Below the pieces are notes generated by a model. It was not told where the DNA came from and made no database searches. It was given only the letters and a program-made list of their open reading frames with translations. A program made the translations under genes and the position numbers. Shown here piece after piece: positions 25,970 to 38,898 of a DNA stretch of 64,000 bases. Source of the stretch: Utricularia gibba (lineage: Eukaryota > Plantae > Magnoliophyta); NCBI GenBank assembly GCA_002189035.1, contig CM007990.1, positions 3,658,001-3,722,000 of the forward strand, read 5' to 3'. Each line of letters begins with the position of its first letter. The first letter of the stretch is position 1.

Positions 25970-28833
25970 TTCAAAGTTACTTTTACCACAAGACTCTCAA
26001 CATCTTTTCTTTTTCATTTTGCTCCTCTCTCACCTTCAGCCTTCCTGGAAATGGTGGTGAGGTTACTTTTACCACAAGAAGCTTAGTAGCAATCTCCACC
26101 TTCTGTTCCTCAGCGTCTCCTTCCACCTCAACTTCACTTCTCTCATTGCTAAATTACTCTTAGGCTGGACTAATTCTCTTCTAGGTTTTTCTTTTCCGCT
26201 TCTTAATGTCATTGTTCTGATATTTTGTCCTCCCCCAGAGTTAGGATTCTGTTTGGCTTGCGACGGTAGGCTTCCTTTTAGCTTCAGTTCCCCAACCTCT
26301 GTTGCTAGCTGAGTAACTTGTATTTCCAGATTCTTGATAGTTTGTTGGTTCTTAGCTTGGTTCTTGATTGATTGGGTCATGAAAGTCTTCAAAATATCCT
26401 CCAATGAACTTCCAGAATTTCCTTCAGAATTATTCTTGTTTGGAGGTTGAAATTGCTGTTTCATCTGCTGGTTTGGCTTGCGAAATTGTGGAGCTTGATA
26501 AGAACCATGCTGTTGCTCCGGGAAATTTTTTTGAAATCCTTGCTGTCCAGTAGATAAACTCTCACCCTTGTAAGAATTTTCATTGTTACTCAATTTGAAA
26601 TTTAGATGATCTCTCCATCTAGGATTGTAGGTGTTCGAATAGGGATCATATTTCTTTCTTTGTGGCTCCAGATATCCCATAGCTTTCACATGCTCCTCCT
26701 TCATCAATTTGGGACATTTATCAGCAATGTGTCCCATTCTGTGGTAGTTCCCGCAAGGCATATTCTTAGCTTGGAATAAAAATAGTTCTTTCATCATCTC
26801 AGACATGGCAGCCACATTTTTCATCAGCTCACTTTCTGATGACTTTGGCTTGCTTTCTAGCTCATAAACCCTTCTGTTCAAGGCTTGTTTTATGATAATA
26901 TGTCTGGAGTACTCGGCCAACTCTTCAAGTAATGCAAGAGCTTTTGTGGGAGTCTTTTTCCTCAAAAACTCACCTGCTACAAAATCCACCATGGCTCTAT
27001 CTGTGCATAGAAAACCATCATAAAAATGCTTGACCTATGCATTGGTTTGAAATCCGTGGTGTGGACAGGAGCCTAGCAGGTGATTAAAACGCTCCCAATA
27101 TTCATGTAAAGATTCACCATTTGACTACTCAATATCACTGATCTTCTTCCTTATTCCTTCAGCCTTTGAAGCAGGGAAATATTTACTAAGAAATACTTTC
27201 TTCATTCCACTCCAATCTGTGATACTCCCAGGCTTCAAAGAGTTAAACCACGTTTTTGAACTTCCTTCCAGTGTGAATTGGAATGTCCTCAAACAGATGG
27301 TATCTTCAGTCATACCAGCACTCTTAAAAGAGGTGCAAACAACAGTCACGTTGTTAAGATGTTCATGTGGTTTTTCACCCACTTTCCCGTAATATTTGGG
27401 CAGAAAATTAATCATAGCTGGCTTTAATTCATCGGTTGTGTCATCAGAAAACCTTATACACAGCCCTCTGTACGTATGATCAGCTGCATCAAGTTCATTC
27501 AGAGTCTTCTCCTGTTCTGCCATGATAAAATTATCTTGAGTGACAGCAGGAAGGGTGCTCAACTTTGCTGCTTCTCTCGCTCTTGTGCGGTTCTTACTGA
27601 TAGCTCTCTTGATTTCTAGATAGAAAACAAGATCACCTGCACTAGAAGAACGCAAATGCATCAACTGAATCACAAAACAATTAAACATCGCTCCCCGGCA
27701 ACGACGCCAATTTGATAAATGAAAAATTTGTGCAAGTCGTGAAATTGCAAATTTTTCCTATGAAATAAATTTAGAAACCTAATTCACATCGAGTCATACG
27801 AAAAATATGAGCATAGTAGACTAGGGTCGAACACAAGGAGCTAGGTACTTGCTATGTGAAGGTCAATGCAAGGAGTCAGTGTCACATTGGTAAATTGGTC
27901 TTAACTAGGACTAAGACAGAACTACAACAGAATACAATAAAGAAATGTAATAAGTTTTGGAGCTCGGGTGTTTATGCAATGAAATGGGTGATGCCTTGGG
28001 ACTACGAGGAGATGTATGTTTATCACTAAACAAGCTCACACAAACTATAAATCATACAACTAACACACAAAAATCTTGGTCTACCCGGATTCTTGTTTTC
28101 CCCCTATACTTTGATCTACCTCTAATTAGGGTTATAAGCTAGGTTTCACCACTTACCCCTTCTGGATCTATCCTGATTTGTTAAGGAAGTGGCATGACTT
28201 ATGACTTATTAGGTTTAAAGATTGATTAGCACATTTCTCCCCCTTTCATCCCAAGACACCCCCTAAGTGCTTAGCCACTCATGAGAAGGGAAAGGAAAAT
28301 ATTTTCATAGCATATGATAAACAACATTCTGGTTTCAAAGTTAAACAACAACAAACAATGCATAACAGAAATAGAAAAGACAAATTGTTCACGCAGTAAA
28401 TCTAAAACTAGTCTTAGCTAGGAACAATATGCATCAAGAATCAAAGTAAATCTTCAAAGAGAACTGATTCTTCAGGGTCGTTGTCCCCTTCCTTCTTCTA
28501 CCCAGAAAAATCTCCAGAAAACGTGTCGTGAGTCTCCAATGGTGGATATCTGCTTCTCTCTCCATCTTTTCTCCCTTTTTGTCCAAAATCTCTCTTTTTC
28601 TCCTCTTTTGATTTTGTGTGTACTCCTTTTCAGACTTTTGTCTCATACTGTGCCACCACACTGTTCATATTCAGCTCCTTGGGATTTGTATTGCGACCTG
28701 CACTGCATTGTACGATTTAGTCCCAACCAAGACTAAAATAACATAACTACAGTACTTAACGCAAAAATATAGAACTGGGCAATAAAATCTGATTTTTGTA
28801 GCACAATATGAGTAATTTTCATGCACTCCATCA
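25970..28833 (-). mobile_element. Truncated Ty3/Gypsy Athila-like retrotransposon: 5' LTR (28833-27713), PBS, gag
   Basis: On the minus strand the LTR starts TGATGGAGTGCAT and ends ..TTTATCA (1121 bp), followed by PBS TGGCGTCGTTGCCGGGGA (27709-27692, tRNA-Asp type typical of Athila). Retrotransposon-gag domain CLRTFQFTLEGSSKTWFNSLKPGSITDW; DPYSNTYNPRWRDH; MTLRSGK; PPFPGRL. In-frame stops; no pol or 3' LTR. Confidence 0.9.
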
Positions 28834-28849
28834 CTCAAAAATATGTGTT

Positions 28850-30400
28850 ATCACTCCACTTACTAGAATCAATTATTTGAAACTTGCTTCCTAATGATGT
28901 ACATAAACTATTCAACTAGTTCTTCAAATAAGGATAATAATTTCATGAGTGTTTTTTTTCAATAGCAGAATCGCCTATTGTTTGATCATTGAATAATAAA
29001 TCATCATAAAAATGTCTATTAGAAAGAGAGAAATACTTAATAAAAAATAATATCAATTATATCAATGATGCTTCCAAACTTCCAAGAATTAAATTAAATT
29101 TTTTCATTTCCTTCCACAGTGAATTGATATATCCTCAAACAAATAGCATCCTCCATTATATTAACACTTTTAAAGGATGTGTGAATACTTGTAACATTAT
29201 CTAAGTGTTGATGCAAATTCTCTCTCACCTTCTCTTAATATTTCAATAGAAAATTGATCATAGACGCATTCATTGCATCATATGAAAATCTAATACAAAG
29301 ATCTCTATAGGTATGATTAATTTCATCTAGCTCGTTCAAAATCTTTTTCTGTTTGACTATTCTAAAGTATGATTCATTTACAGTTAGGAGTTTCTTCAAC
29401 TTCGTCACTTCACTTGCTTTCTTCTTGTTTATCCTATTAGTTGTCTCAAGTTTTGAAATGAAATAAAGATCTACTAACCCACAAGAATGCAAATACATCA
29501 ACTAAAAATAAATAACAATCAAATTAACTAACACTATCAATAATTCAACAACAACTACGAAAATAAAATTAGATATAGATGATCATTTAAATTCTAATTC
29601 AAATAAGACTAATGTGGTGCTGTAAGATGCTAGGGGTAATATGTTCACTCAAATTCTTATCCTATCCCACCCAATGAATTGACTAACATAACATAATGCA
29701 AGACCCCTTGAGATATCTCGTTAAATTTTTGGTTTTAAGTTTTCTAAATATTATCGATCACCTTATACTTAAGTCTACAATCTCACAAAAGTCTACTTGA
29801 TCTTATTGATATTTATTTCAAAAACCTTACTTATTAACCTACATTTTAACTCTTTGGTCTATCTTTAAGTTACGTATTTTCCTTCTCTTGAATCTATATG
29901 GCTTTGTTAACAAAAGATTCACAAGCTCTCAATTGAATCTTAAATAAATGAGCACACTCAATTGAATCTATATGGCTTTTTTAAGACATCACTTTAATTT
30001 ATCCACTTATGTTAAATATAAATAATATGACTACACAAACCAACAATGAAAGCATTTTCATAGTCACAATTTTGAAAATAGACTGTAATCACAAATCATA
30101 AACAAAGTGAAATCATGAAAATGCAAACAATTTATTTTAATTTCACATCATTATTTCTAACTAAGAGTAATGTTCCAGAAATAGAGTTGAATGCTTCAAT
30201 TGGATTGAGATACCTTCGTTGTGTCATTCATTTTTCTCCTTTCTTTCCCCTCCTCTAGTTGTTGATGTTGGTCTATGAAAAAAATTCATTCCTCTTCCTT
30301 TTTTCTTCCTTTGGGTTTTATTCTTGTTTGCTCTTGTAGTAGCAATCATTTTTTGATTTTCTTGAAAGACCCTCCCCTCCACATGCCATATTTGTGCAAT
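28850..30400 (-). mobile_element. Older, highly degenerate copy of the same Athila family (gag N-terminus plus LTR remnant)
   Basis: ORF 29235..29501 (LNELDEINHTYRDLCIRFSYD..MINFLLKY) is homologous to ORF 27125..27688 (LNELDAADHTYRGLCIRFSDD..MINFLPKY). 29110-29240 aligns with 27260-27400. Confidence 0.75.
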
Positions 30401-32154
30401 CACACGAAAGCTCTTGCCTCTTTATGTGTGTTCTGCAAAAATTTTATAATTTACTTTTACTTTTGTAGAAATAATTTTTAAAAGTAGAAGTAAACTTAAC
30501 AAAAGCAAAAATAGATTGTAGTGTTCTGAACAAATTTTTACTTTTGAACTAAATTTATTATTATTGATAATATTCATTATCTTTAATTCATTATATTCAA
30601 AATAATGATTCATTAGATTATAATATTTAAAATACAAACAAAGTTGAAAACAACATAATTATTATACTCTTACATGTCGAACTCTCCAAAGTTGATTACG
30701 AATTGCATCACGAATGGTTTCCATTGAATCACTTTGTGCAATGTCTTCATTTTCTTCGATTGGATCTTCATCAATTTCAGATAATGGATTTGGATCATTG
30801 TATTCACTCAGATCACACCCATCATCTTCTGCATTAACTTGCCGAAGAAAATTATGAATAGCCATAGTTGCAGCAACCAAACGCACTTGATGTCATAGCT
30901 TCAGGTTGCAAAGCATGTCATTCATAATGTGAAAATGTTTTTTCCACACACCAAATGATCTTTCAATGACTAAACATAGTGATGAATGTCTATGGTTGAA
31001 CAACTCTTTAGGCCGAGTATATCCACGTTTTGAGCGTTGAAATTCTGGTAAGTGGTAGCGCGTTCTACGATATGGTGTCATATAACCATTTGTGTTGGAA
31101 AAACCAGCATTAACTAAGTAATATTTTCCTTTGATCACAAAGTTCGACAAGTAAGATTGTATCAAATATTATCGTATGAAATGCTTGATTCAAAATGAAG
31201 TACCTAGTGGTGGATATATAAACTCATCTTCATCATTACGTAAACATTCTTTTAGCATCCTACTATCAGGTGTGATTCCTTCATATCCTGCAGCAACAAA
31301 AATGAACCGCATGTTGAAATCACAAACTGCCAAAATGTTTTGAGTAGGAACCCCTTTTCATCCGATGTAGTGCACTCTTTCTTCAATCGGAACACATGTT
31401 TTTATATGAGTTCCATCTATACCTCCATGACAACCTTCAAAAAATGGGAAATAACGAGGTTTGTTCCTAATATATGCGGGAACTTGTGTGTGATCTCTTC
31501 CTGGTTTTACCCAAATAGATGTCATGCGACAACATGCTTTGAGAACATTATGGAATGAATTGTTAATTGTGTCTGCTCCCCTGTGAAAAAATTCTTGTAA
31601 AGCATGATTTCCCATTCGTGTACCAACAGACTTCAAAAAAATTGCCACCTCTTCCTCTACTGTGATATGATGCCTCTTCTTGAGTCCAAATTCATCCAGC
31701 AATAATGCACAAAATTGATAGAATACCATTGGTTTCATATGAAGATCTTGATATGCTCGTATATCAGCTCCATTCAACATATTCAGTAATAAATCCCATC
31801 GTGAGACTGGACGATGATGGATTATTTTTTTTCCAAGTATTGATCGTGATACCTATGTATGGAGTTGAAGAAGTACCTTGCTCTAGAAAAGAGATCTAGT
31901 CTTTGAGTGTTTGCATTTCCGCTTCACTATCATCTTCATCCGTATCCTTTTCTTCTTTGTAGTGATCTGTGTCATGATCACTATCTCCATAAAATGCTTC
32001 AAATGGATTTGATGATGATGCCATAAAACAAAAGAGAGTGCAGACAGATGGAATTCGTAGATGAAGACTTATGATATGGAGCACCTTTACATCCTTTTAT
32101 AGACATAAAAAAAAAATAGATACAATGTGATTAAAAATAAATAAATTAATTAAA

Positions 32155-32380
32155 AAATCTACATATTATGTGATTGAAAATGAATGTAAAAATAAAAAAA
32201 TCTAGATATTATGTGGTTAACAATGAATGAAAAAAATCTATATATCATGTAGTTGAAAATGAATGTACAAATAAAAAAATTTAGATATTATGTGGTTAAC
32301 AATGAATGAAAAAAAATTTAGATATCATGTAGTTGAAAATGAATGTAGAAATAAAAAATCTAGATATTATGTGGTTAAAA
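32155..32380. repeat. Tandem repeat, ~79-bp unit (two ~40-bp subunits), ~3 copies
   Basis: aaat(c/t)tagatattatgtggttaa recurs at ~32198, ~32277 and ~32357. Confidence 0.85.
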
Positions 32381-32640
32381 ATATAGATGTTCATGGGTCG
32401 GTTCTGGTTGAATGCTATTTCTCAAATGTTTACCAAAAAATATATTTTAATACATATGTTTTGATTAATGTATTAAAAAAATAAAAATCTATTAACACAT
32501 TAAATATTAGATCTAATGTTTTCCTAAAAATACATAAATCAATTCAAAATTAGGGTTTTAATTTCAAACCAAAATTAACTTTTATTCTTTCAGAAACCTC
32601 CATCGAGTTCCAATTCCAATGACAATCGTTGGTGAAATGA

Positions 32641-33430
32641 TTTGGATCGAGCGTACTTTTTTAATTTGAATATTTTTATTAGCATTCGATCCTTATGTAT
32701 ACTTTGGATCGAGTGCATATCAATTTTTTTAAAAAATCTTAATTAGCGTTCGACTCTTAGGTATACTTTGGATCAAGTGCATATTCATTTATTTTAAATC
32801 TTAATTAGTGTTCGACTCCTAGGAGCAATTTGGATCGTGTATACATGACAACCCAAACGGGCGTGGCTTATGCATAAACCACGCCCGTGTGCACACACAA
32901 CAACATGACAACCCACACGGGCATGGTTTACACGCCCGTGTGCCCTTGTCATCTATACACGATCCAAATTGCTCCTAAGGGTCGAACACTAAGGGTGTAG
33001 TCTGTGTGACTTATTTTTCAACTTATGACTTAAAGTAAAAGTAAACGTAAGTGTTTTACAGAATATCTCTACTTGTTCTAAAATTTAACTTCTACTTCTA
33101 TTTCTACTTATTCGTAACTTATTTCAATTTTAACTATTTCACCAACTTATCACATAAGTTGAAAAAATGTGACTTATTCAATAAGTAGGTTAATTAATTT
33201 AAAATAGACTGCTTCTACTTATTTTACATCTACTTGTACAATAACTTCTACTTATGAATTAAGTAGAAGTTATTGATTCAGTCACACAGACTACACCCTA
33301 ATTAAGATTTAAAATAAATGAATATGCACTTGATCCAAAGTATAACTAAAGGTCGAATGCTAATAAAAATATTATAATAAAAAATATGTACTTGATTCGA
33401 ATCATAACCAACTATCGAATGCTAATAAAA
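32641..33430. mobile_element. Foldback element with tandemly repetitive inverted arms, nested in Harbinger relic 2
   Basis: The left arm (three ~62-65-bp units starting tttggatc) is mirrored by the right arm (tatacacgatccaaattgctccta..gtcgaacactaa | ttaagatttaaaataaatgaatatgcacttgatccaaag). The GC-rich centre contains hairpins such as acgggcgtgg..ccacgcccgt (32857-32888). Confidence 0.75.
32993..33298. mobile_element. Tourist-like MITE (306 bp), perfect 18-bp TIR, TAA TSD
   Basis: GGGTGTAGTCTGTGTGAC ... GTCACACAGACTACACCC, with TAA at 32990-32992 and 33299-33301. Removing it and one TSD restores the foldback arm. Confidence 0.95.
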
Positions 33431-34425
33431 TTAAAAATTAAGAAACTTTCATATTTATTATATGGTTTAATAAATAATATATTTACATTATATATATTTT
33501 AATAATCGTGGCTTGCATATTAGGTACTACGCCTCCTTTGAGTGCCATGCCGTATAATCGTGGCTTCTGGAGATTCATTCATGATCCCTCTTTAGGTACT
33601 ATATGATTATAAATGAAATAAGATTTTAAAATATATGTTTTATGTGGTTAACAGCTCCAACGTAAGTCAATATATTTCCATAAGTATTGTCTTTCAAATA
33701 CAAAAGAACAAGATAATGGGAAAGCTTGCAATGTTCTAATGGAAAATTAGCATACATTCTAATGAAGAAATGACATGTAATAGAAAAACTAATCAAATCT
33801 ACTTCCTAAATCATTTTGATCTGAGCGAGCAACACCAGGTGAAAATGTAGAAGTGCTACCAGCGTTCCTGGAAGATGTATGCACAATCCAAGTGTAGCGG
33901 TCCTCATGATCATCAATTGAAAGAAAAATTTCCCTATTGCTCGGTCGATGAAACAAATCCAAAGCTCGAAGCCATAACTCACTTCCTTGAACAATATTTG
34001 GGGTAGTCTTCAACTCTTTTATACACTTTGCAATGGAGTATGTTTCCTTTTTGCTCGCAAACGCAGATACCATCTCAGATGCCTTCGCCCATCGCTTTGA
34101 AGCTTCATCTATACGATCACTATTTCTACGATGAGCCTTATGCTTCTTCTGAGTTGATGGTGGAATTGGAGGCATAGGGGTATCACTTAAAAAATCTGAT
34201 CCAATTAGTTCATCTGCTTATAAAGCATCTAATGATGAAGTGTTAGCTAGCCCATTATCTATTGAGTCAACACTTCCATCTTCCTCAACCCATCTTAAAC
34301 CTGCATTTGGTACATAGCGCTCCGGAGCATATCCAACCACAGAATCAAAAACCTTTTCCATCATTGAAGGCAGCCGTGGCGGTGTATCCTTAAAATCCTT
34401 AGCCTTTGAGTTTTCCTACCATGAT

Positions 34426-34619
34426 ACATCTTCATATTTAGAAACTATCAGTAATGTCATATAAAGAAGAAGAGATAATACAATACTCAATAAAACAATC
34501 AATAACACATCTTCATATTTAGAAATTATCAATAATGTCATATAAAGAAAAAAAGATAATACAATACTCAATAAAACAATCAATAATACATCATCATATT
34601 TAGAAAACTATGAATAATG
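34426..34619. repeat. Tandem repeat, 81-bp unit, ~2.4 copies, in the intron of Harbinger ORF1
   Basis: acatc(t/a)tcatatttagaaa at 34426, 34507 and 34588. Confidence 0.9.
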
Positions 34620-36399
34620 AATTTTAAAGCACCAAATAAACATAACAAATCATTTCATTTTTAATAAATATACAAAAAAACTTAAATGCTAACCTCAATT
34701 CGAAGTTCCCAGCACTCCTCATCCATTTAATAGTCCAACCATCCTCATACTATCCTACACCTGTCATATTACTCAACCTCTTGTACAATGATCAATGCTC
34801 TCGAAAAGTATTCCATCTATTCATCAATTGCTTCATATCGAATTGGTAGCACAATTCATTGTTTAATCCTTTCAATAGATTATCCCATCCTTCCTTGTTG
34901 AATGATGTATTTCAAAAATTTCCTTTTTCAATCTCCTCTATGGCAAGTCAAAGGTAGATTTCCATACTACATAAATCCCAAGTGTATTTTTTAGTTGCAT
35001 GTTTCTTTTGAGTATTGACACTTGGTGCAGACTTGTTTTTCCCTTTATCACTTGTTACTTCCATAAAAACTTGCAATAATAATACACAATAATTAATAGC
35101 ATGCTATAAATTTTCAGTGACAAAATAAAAATAGAAACAGATAGTTGAGGAACCGAGAATGTTGCAAAGAGAAATGAGATGGCAAAACAAGAGATAAGAA
35201 CTACAATTAATAGGGTCTATATTCAATGAAATGGTAGGGTTGAAAGCTTCCTGGAGAGGCATATCTCTACATCATAAATAAATATACATTAAAGTGCACT
35301 TTTTTCAATTGCTAAGGATCAATGAAAGGTAAACTACGGTTCACAGATCCAAGACAGTGCCTAACCTAATCACAGAGCATGTAGATGTAGACCAACCAAG
35401 CACAAAGGTGAAACAACAAACAGAAAAATGGATTAATTCCATTGAAAAAGCAGACATCAATTGAGCTCATTTTATGCAATGTACAAGGGTAAATTTTCTT
35501 CAAAGAATTCAACTAAAAATTCCTGAGTTACAAAATCGCCCCATTCTTTTGAATGCGATATGGAAAAATAAAAACAAGACTTTGAAAAACAGAAAAAAAT
35601 CACACCATAACGTAAGTAATAATTCTAAGAAAAAGCCCTTGATGTTGGCCGATGGATTTAGGGGAAGAATTTTTTACAAGCCCTTGAAAACCACACATAT
35701 TATGATTTCTGCAAAAGTTTTTTTTTATTATATAATTTTAAAAGTGTTTATAATAAAAGTACTTTTGAAAATAAGGGTGTTTGGAAAAAAATAACTTTTA
35801 ATCTATAAATAAAAGTTAAACATAAAAGTTTTACAAAACACACCCTTCTTTTTTTTTATTTTTCTCCATTGATGGTTGAGGTATACATGGATGCTTGAGT
35901 TGATCATATAAAAACATGATGATGTACTTGAAGAAAAATATCATTAAAAACCTGAGTGGATTTAATCAATCAGTACAAAATTAATAATATTAATAAAATT
36001 ACAAAGCATTGGAATTTATTTCAACAATATCTAATTTCATACCAAATTACACTCATGTATTATTGTTTTATAAAAGAGTTTTCCTTTGTAATGATCTACT
36101 AAAATTTTTGGAATAATCTATCAAATTTGTGATCATAAACACTTTTAGAATATCTGTTAATAGAGTTTGAAGACTGGGTTTTGCTTTGCTATTCATGTTC
36201 CATCAACAAGCTCATCCTCATCTTTACACCGATGATATCATTCAAGATTCTAACTCACTCTTGACACCCGCCATCGCATTCTGACACCTTCGACCTCTTA
36301 TTGTCTTCCGTGATTGTCGCCTACTCTTTTTTGAGTAATCAAGAAGATGAGAACCTTAAACGTGGTCACAATGCCCCTACCCACCTGCGTGGGCAAATT

Positions 36400-37280
36400 C
36401 CAATAGGCCGCTAAAGCCTACTCTCGTGTTCATTGTCGGGTATTTTGTAAGATCTGTTGACAAACAAATTGCTAGCACATAGATGATAATACTTACCGGC
36501 GTCCGAAAGCCATACTAATTCCACATCCTTGATCTGGTATGCTTCGTCTGAACTCAGGAACAAAAAATAACGTACACGGGAAACACAGTAACACATGACC
36601 AAGGCCTGCTTCATCTGAACAAGAAAGCTCTTGTTCATGATATACACTTTCCACAACAAAAATATTCTTCATGTATCTTGATACATGACAAGGATAATTT
36701 TGAATTGGGTTCGGATGAGCCGAACGGGTGGCAAAGTAAATAGATTCAGGGAGCTGAAGGGGGAGCAAGATCAAGTTCCTGCCTCATGATATTGTTCATC
36801 AGATGATATACCTTCATCTATGTCCTCTTCACATGCCTTTTTTTTTACATGCATCACTTGATTCTTTTACAGAATGGTTGAACTGCAGTCACTTGGTACC
36901 TTTCATAAACAATCATTTGAATCCGCAGCTCATCCATCACAGATCTGGATGGAGTTTCCCAATTGCTTCTGCTATTCCGCAGCACTAGATCTTCTTACCT
37001 TCCCCAGTAACTTCTCAAACTTCTCATTGAAATTCACAAGGTCGATCCGGTTTTGGTCGGACCAAAACAAATCAACCATCACTGTCAAGCGATTTTCTTT
37101 GAATAACTTGAGACTTTTTAAAGTTGTAGGCGGCCTATACAGTTGATCATTTTTCAGAGCAAAAAGGGGTAGTTTGACATTGCTATTGAAGTCTTTACGG
37201 CAGATGCCGTAGGAATTTGCAATAGATACTGTAGCATCATTAGCTACGTCAAAAGTAAAACAGCAACACGCCCACCCTCA
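36400..37280 (-). pseudogene. Unidentified gene-like relic with one clean exon candidate (37243-36999)
   Basis: Open frame ANDATVSIANSYGICRKDFNSNVKLPLFALKNDQLYRPPTTLKSLKLFKENRLTVMVDLFWSDQNRIDLVNFNEKFEKLLGK, bounded by ..ttttgacgtag| and |gtaag. Downstream frames are broken. Family not recognised. Confidence 0.3.
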
Positions 37281-38805
37281 AGACTAGTGACCGTCTGGTA
37301 CAAAAATCCAGACGTACTATCAAGCAATCTCCAAGATTTTTTTTTTAACCCCAAAATTAAAGATGACACGAGCTAGATCCAGATTCGTGTTAGTATGAAT
37401 TGGCCCACTGATTTGATTATGTACCTTAACCCTAACTCCAAATCATACTCAAGTGTCATCAGTTAACCCACATTTGTTTTTTTATATTTTGTAAACATCA
37501 CCTTAGAATGGGTTTTAATAAAATTTATGTATATTTGAAATTATTTTTTAAGAATAATTATTTTAAAATTGATTAATGTTTAGAATATCAAAAAATAAGA
37601 ATTGATTTTTATAAGTTAATAATATATTTATTTATATCATTTATAAGAATCACATTTCATTCATTTACAAATTAAAAAAAATCATATTTTATAAATCATT
37701 TATATTATAAAAATAGAATATAAATCTGTAAATTATATTTTGATTATTATATATGTTATATTACTACAAATAATTTATTTAAAGAATTGTAATGATTATA
37801 ATTAGTTATAAAAAGAATGAGTATAATTCTAAATTTAAGTAACTTTGTGAAAAAATTTTAGATTTTATTTCTACTTTTTTAAAATTATTTTAGAAAAGTA
37901 GAAATAATTGATAGAAATAGAAATACATTATAAATATTCTAGAAAACTGTAAAAATAAGATATAAAAATAAAAATAAAGTGCAAAAAAGAGAAATAAGAT
38001 AGTATTCAAAAATAAATTTTATAGTATAATTTTAAAATTACTTTTAATAAAATTATTTTTAGAATTGATAATATTCTAAAATAAAATTATTTTTATTTTT
38101 TAAAAAATTTAAATACCCTTCAAAAGTTTTTCAGAATAGTGTTGTAAATATCAGTATCCTATCAAAAATGATTATTGACACGGAATCTATCCTTTTATGT
38201 TTTTAAATGAATTATATTGACTCTTGAAAATCATTTCTTGCAAAAAAATTTCAGTATATGTTTAAAATGTCGAAGTTATTATAGAAATAAAAATTGATTT
38301 TATGAGTGAATTGATTTTTTAAACATTACTTATATATAATGATATTTTAAAAAACATATGTTTTGTGTAAAGTAGGTAACGCCCATAATAATGATATAAC
38401 ATATTTTTCCTCATTGGATTTATTTAAAATTTACACACAAAAAGCATGTAAATAAAAAAAAATAATTATGCATATATACTATTTAAATTATAAATTAGTA
38501 TTATTAATTTGATGCAACTAAAAATTAAAATTCTAAAAATATCAATGTAATTGTTTCAGAGATTGAAATCATTACCTATAAATAGTGTATCGCCTCAACT
38601 TGTTTGCCACTGTAGGAAAAATGGGTTAGTCATCCCTATTACATATAGTTGATGACACACCAGCACACTAAAATCTCTTTATTTAATTATATTTTTATTA
38701 GAGCAAGAAAATTCTGGATGTCGCTATCATGGTGACGTTGAAAATGCTCCTTAAGAAGCTTCCACGAAGCTCCCGTGGGGTCCGGCTGTACCGTGTTTTC
38801 TCGTG

Positions 38806-38813
38806 TATATAAA
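38806..38813 (+). promoter_or_regulatory. TATA box of the CML gene
   Basis: TATATAAA 86-93 bp upstream of ATG 38899; a CCGTGT (CAMTA-type) motif at ~38791. Confidence 0.6.
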
Positions 38814-38898
38814 GGCTCCCCTGCTTGCTTTCTCCTACCCTCCAACTTCTCAAAATTCGCATTCTGCTCCTCGCTATTTTACTGCTACTACACTCGCG

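Larger units (their letters stand above)
30424..35845 (-). mobile_element. PIF/Harbinger transposon relic 2 (~5.4 kb): Myb/SANT-like ORF1 (~35060-33789) and HARBI1-like DDE transposase (~32084-30662)
   Basis: Transposase motifs GIDGTHI, NILAVCDFNMRF, KYYLVNAGF (catalytic D replaced by N), RYHLPEF, FNHRHSSL, IERSFGVWK, with the usual intron before KYYL. ORF1 motifs KKYTWDL and YSIAKCIKEL. Degenerate TIRs: GGGTGTGTTTTGTAAAACTTTTAT (reverse complement of the end at 35845) versus (AT)GTGTGTTCTGCAAAAATTTTAT at 30424. Confidence 0.88.
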
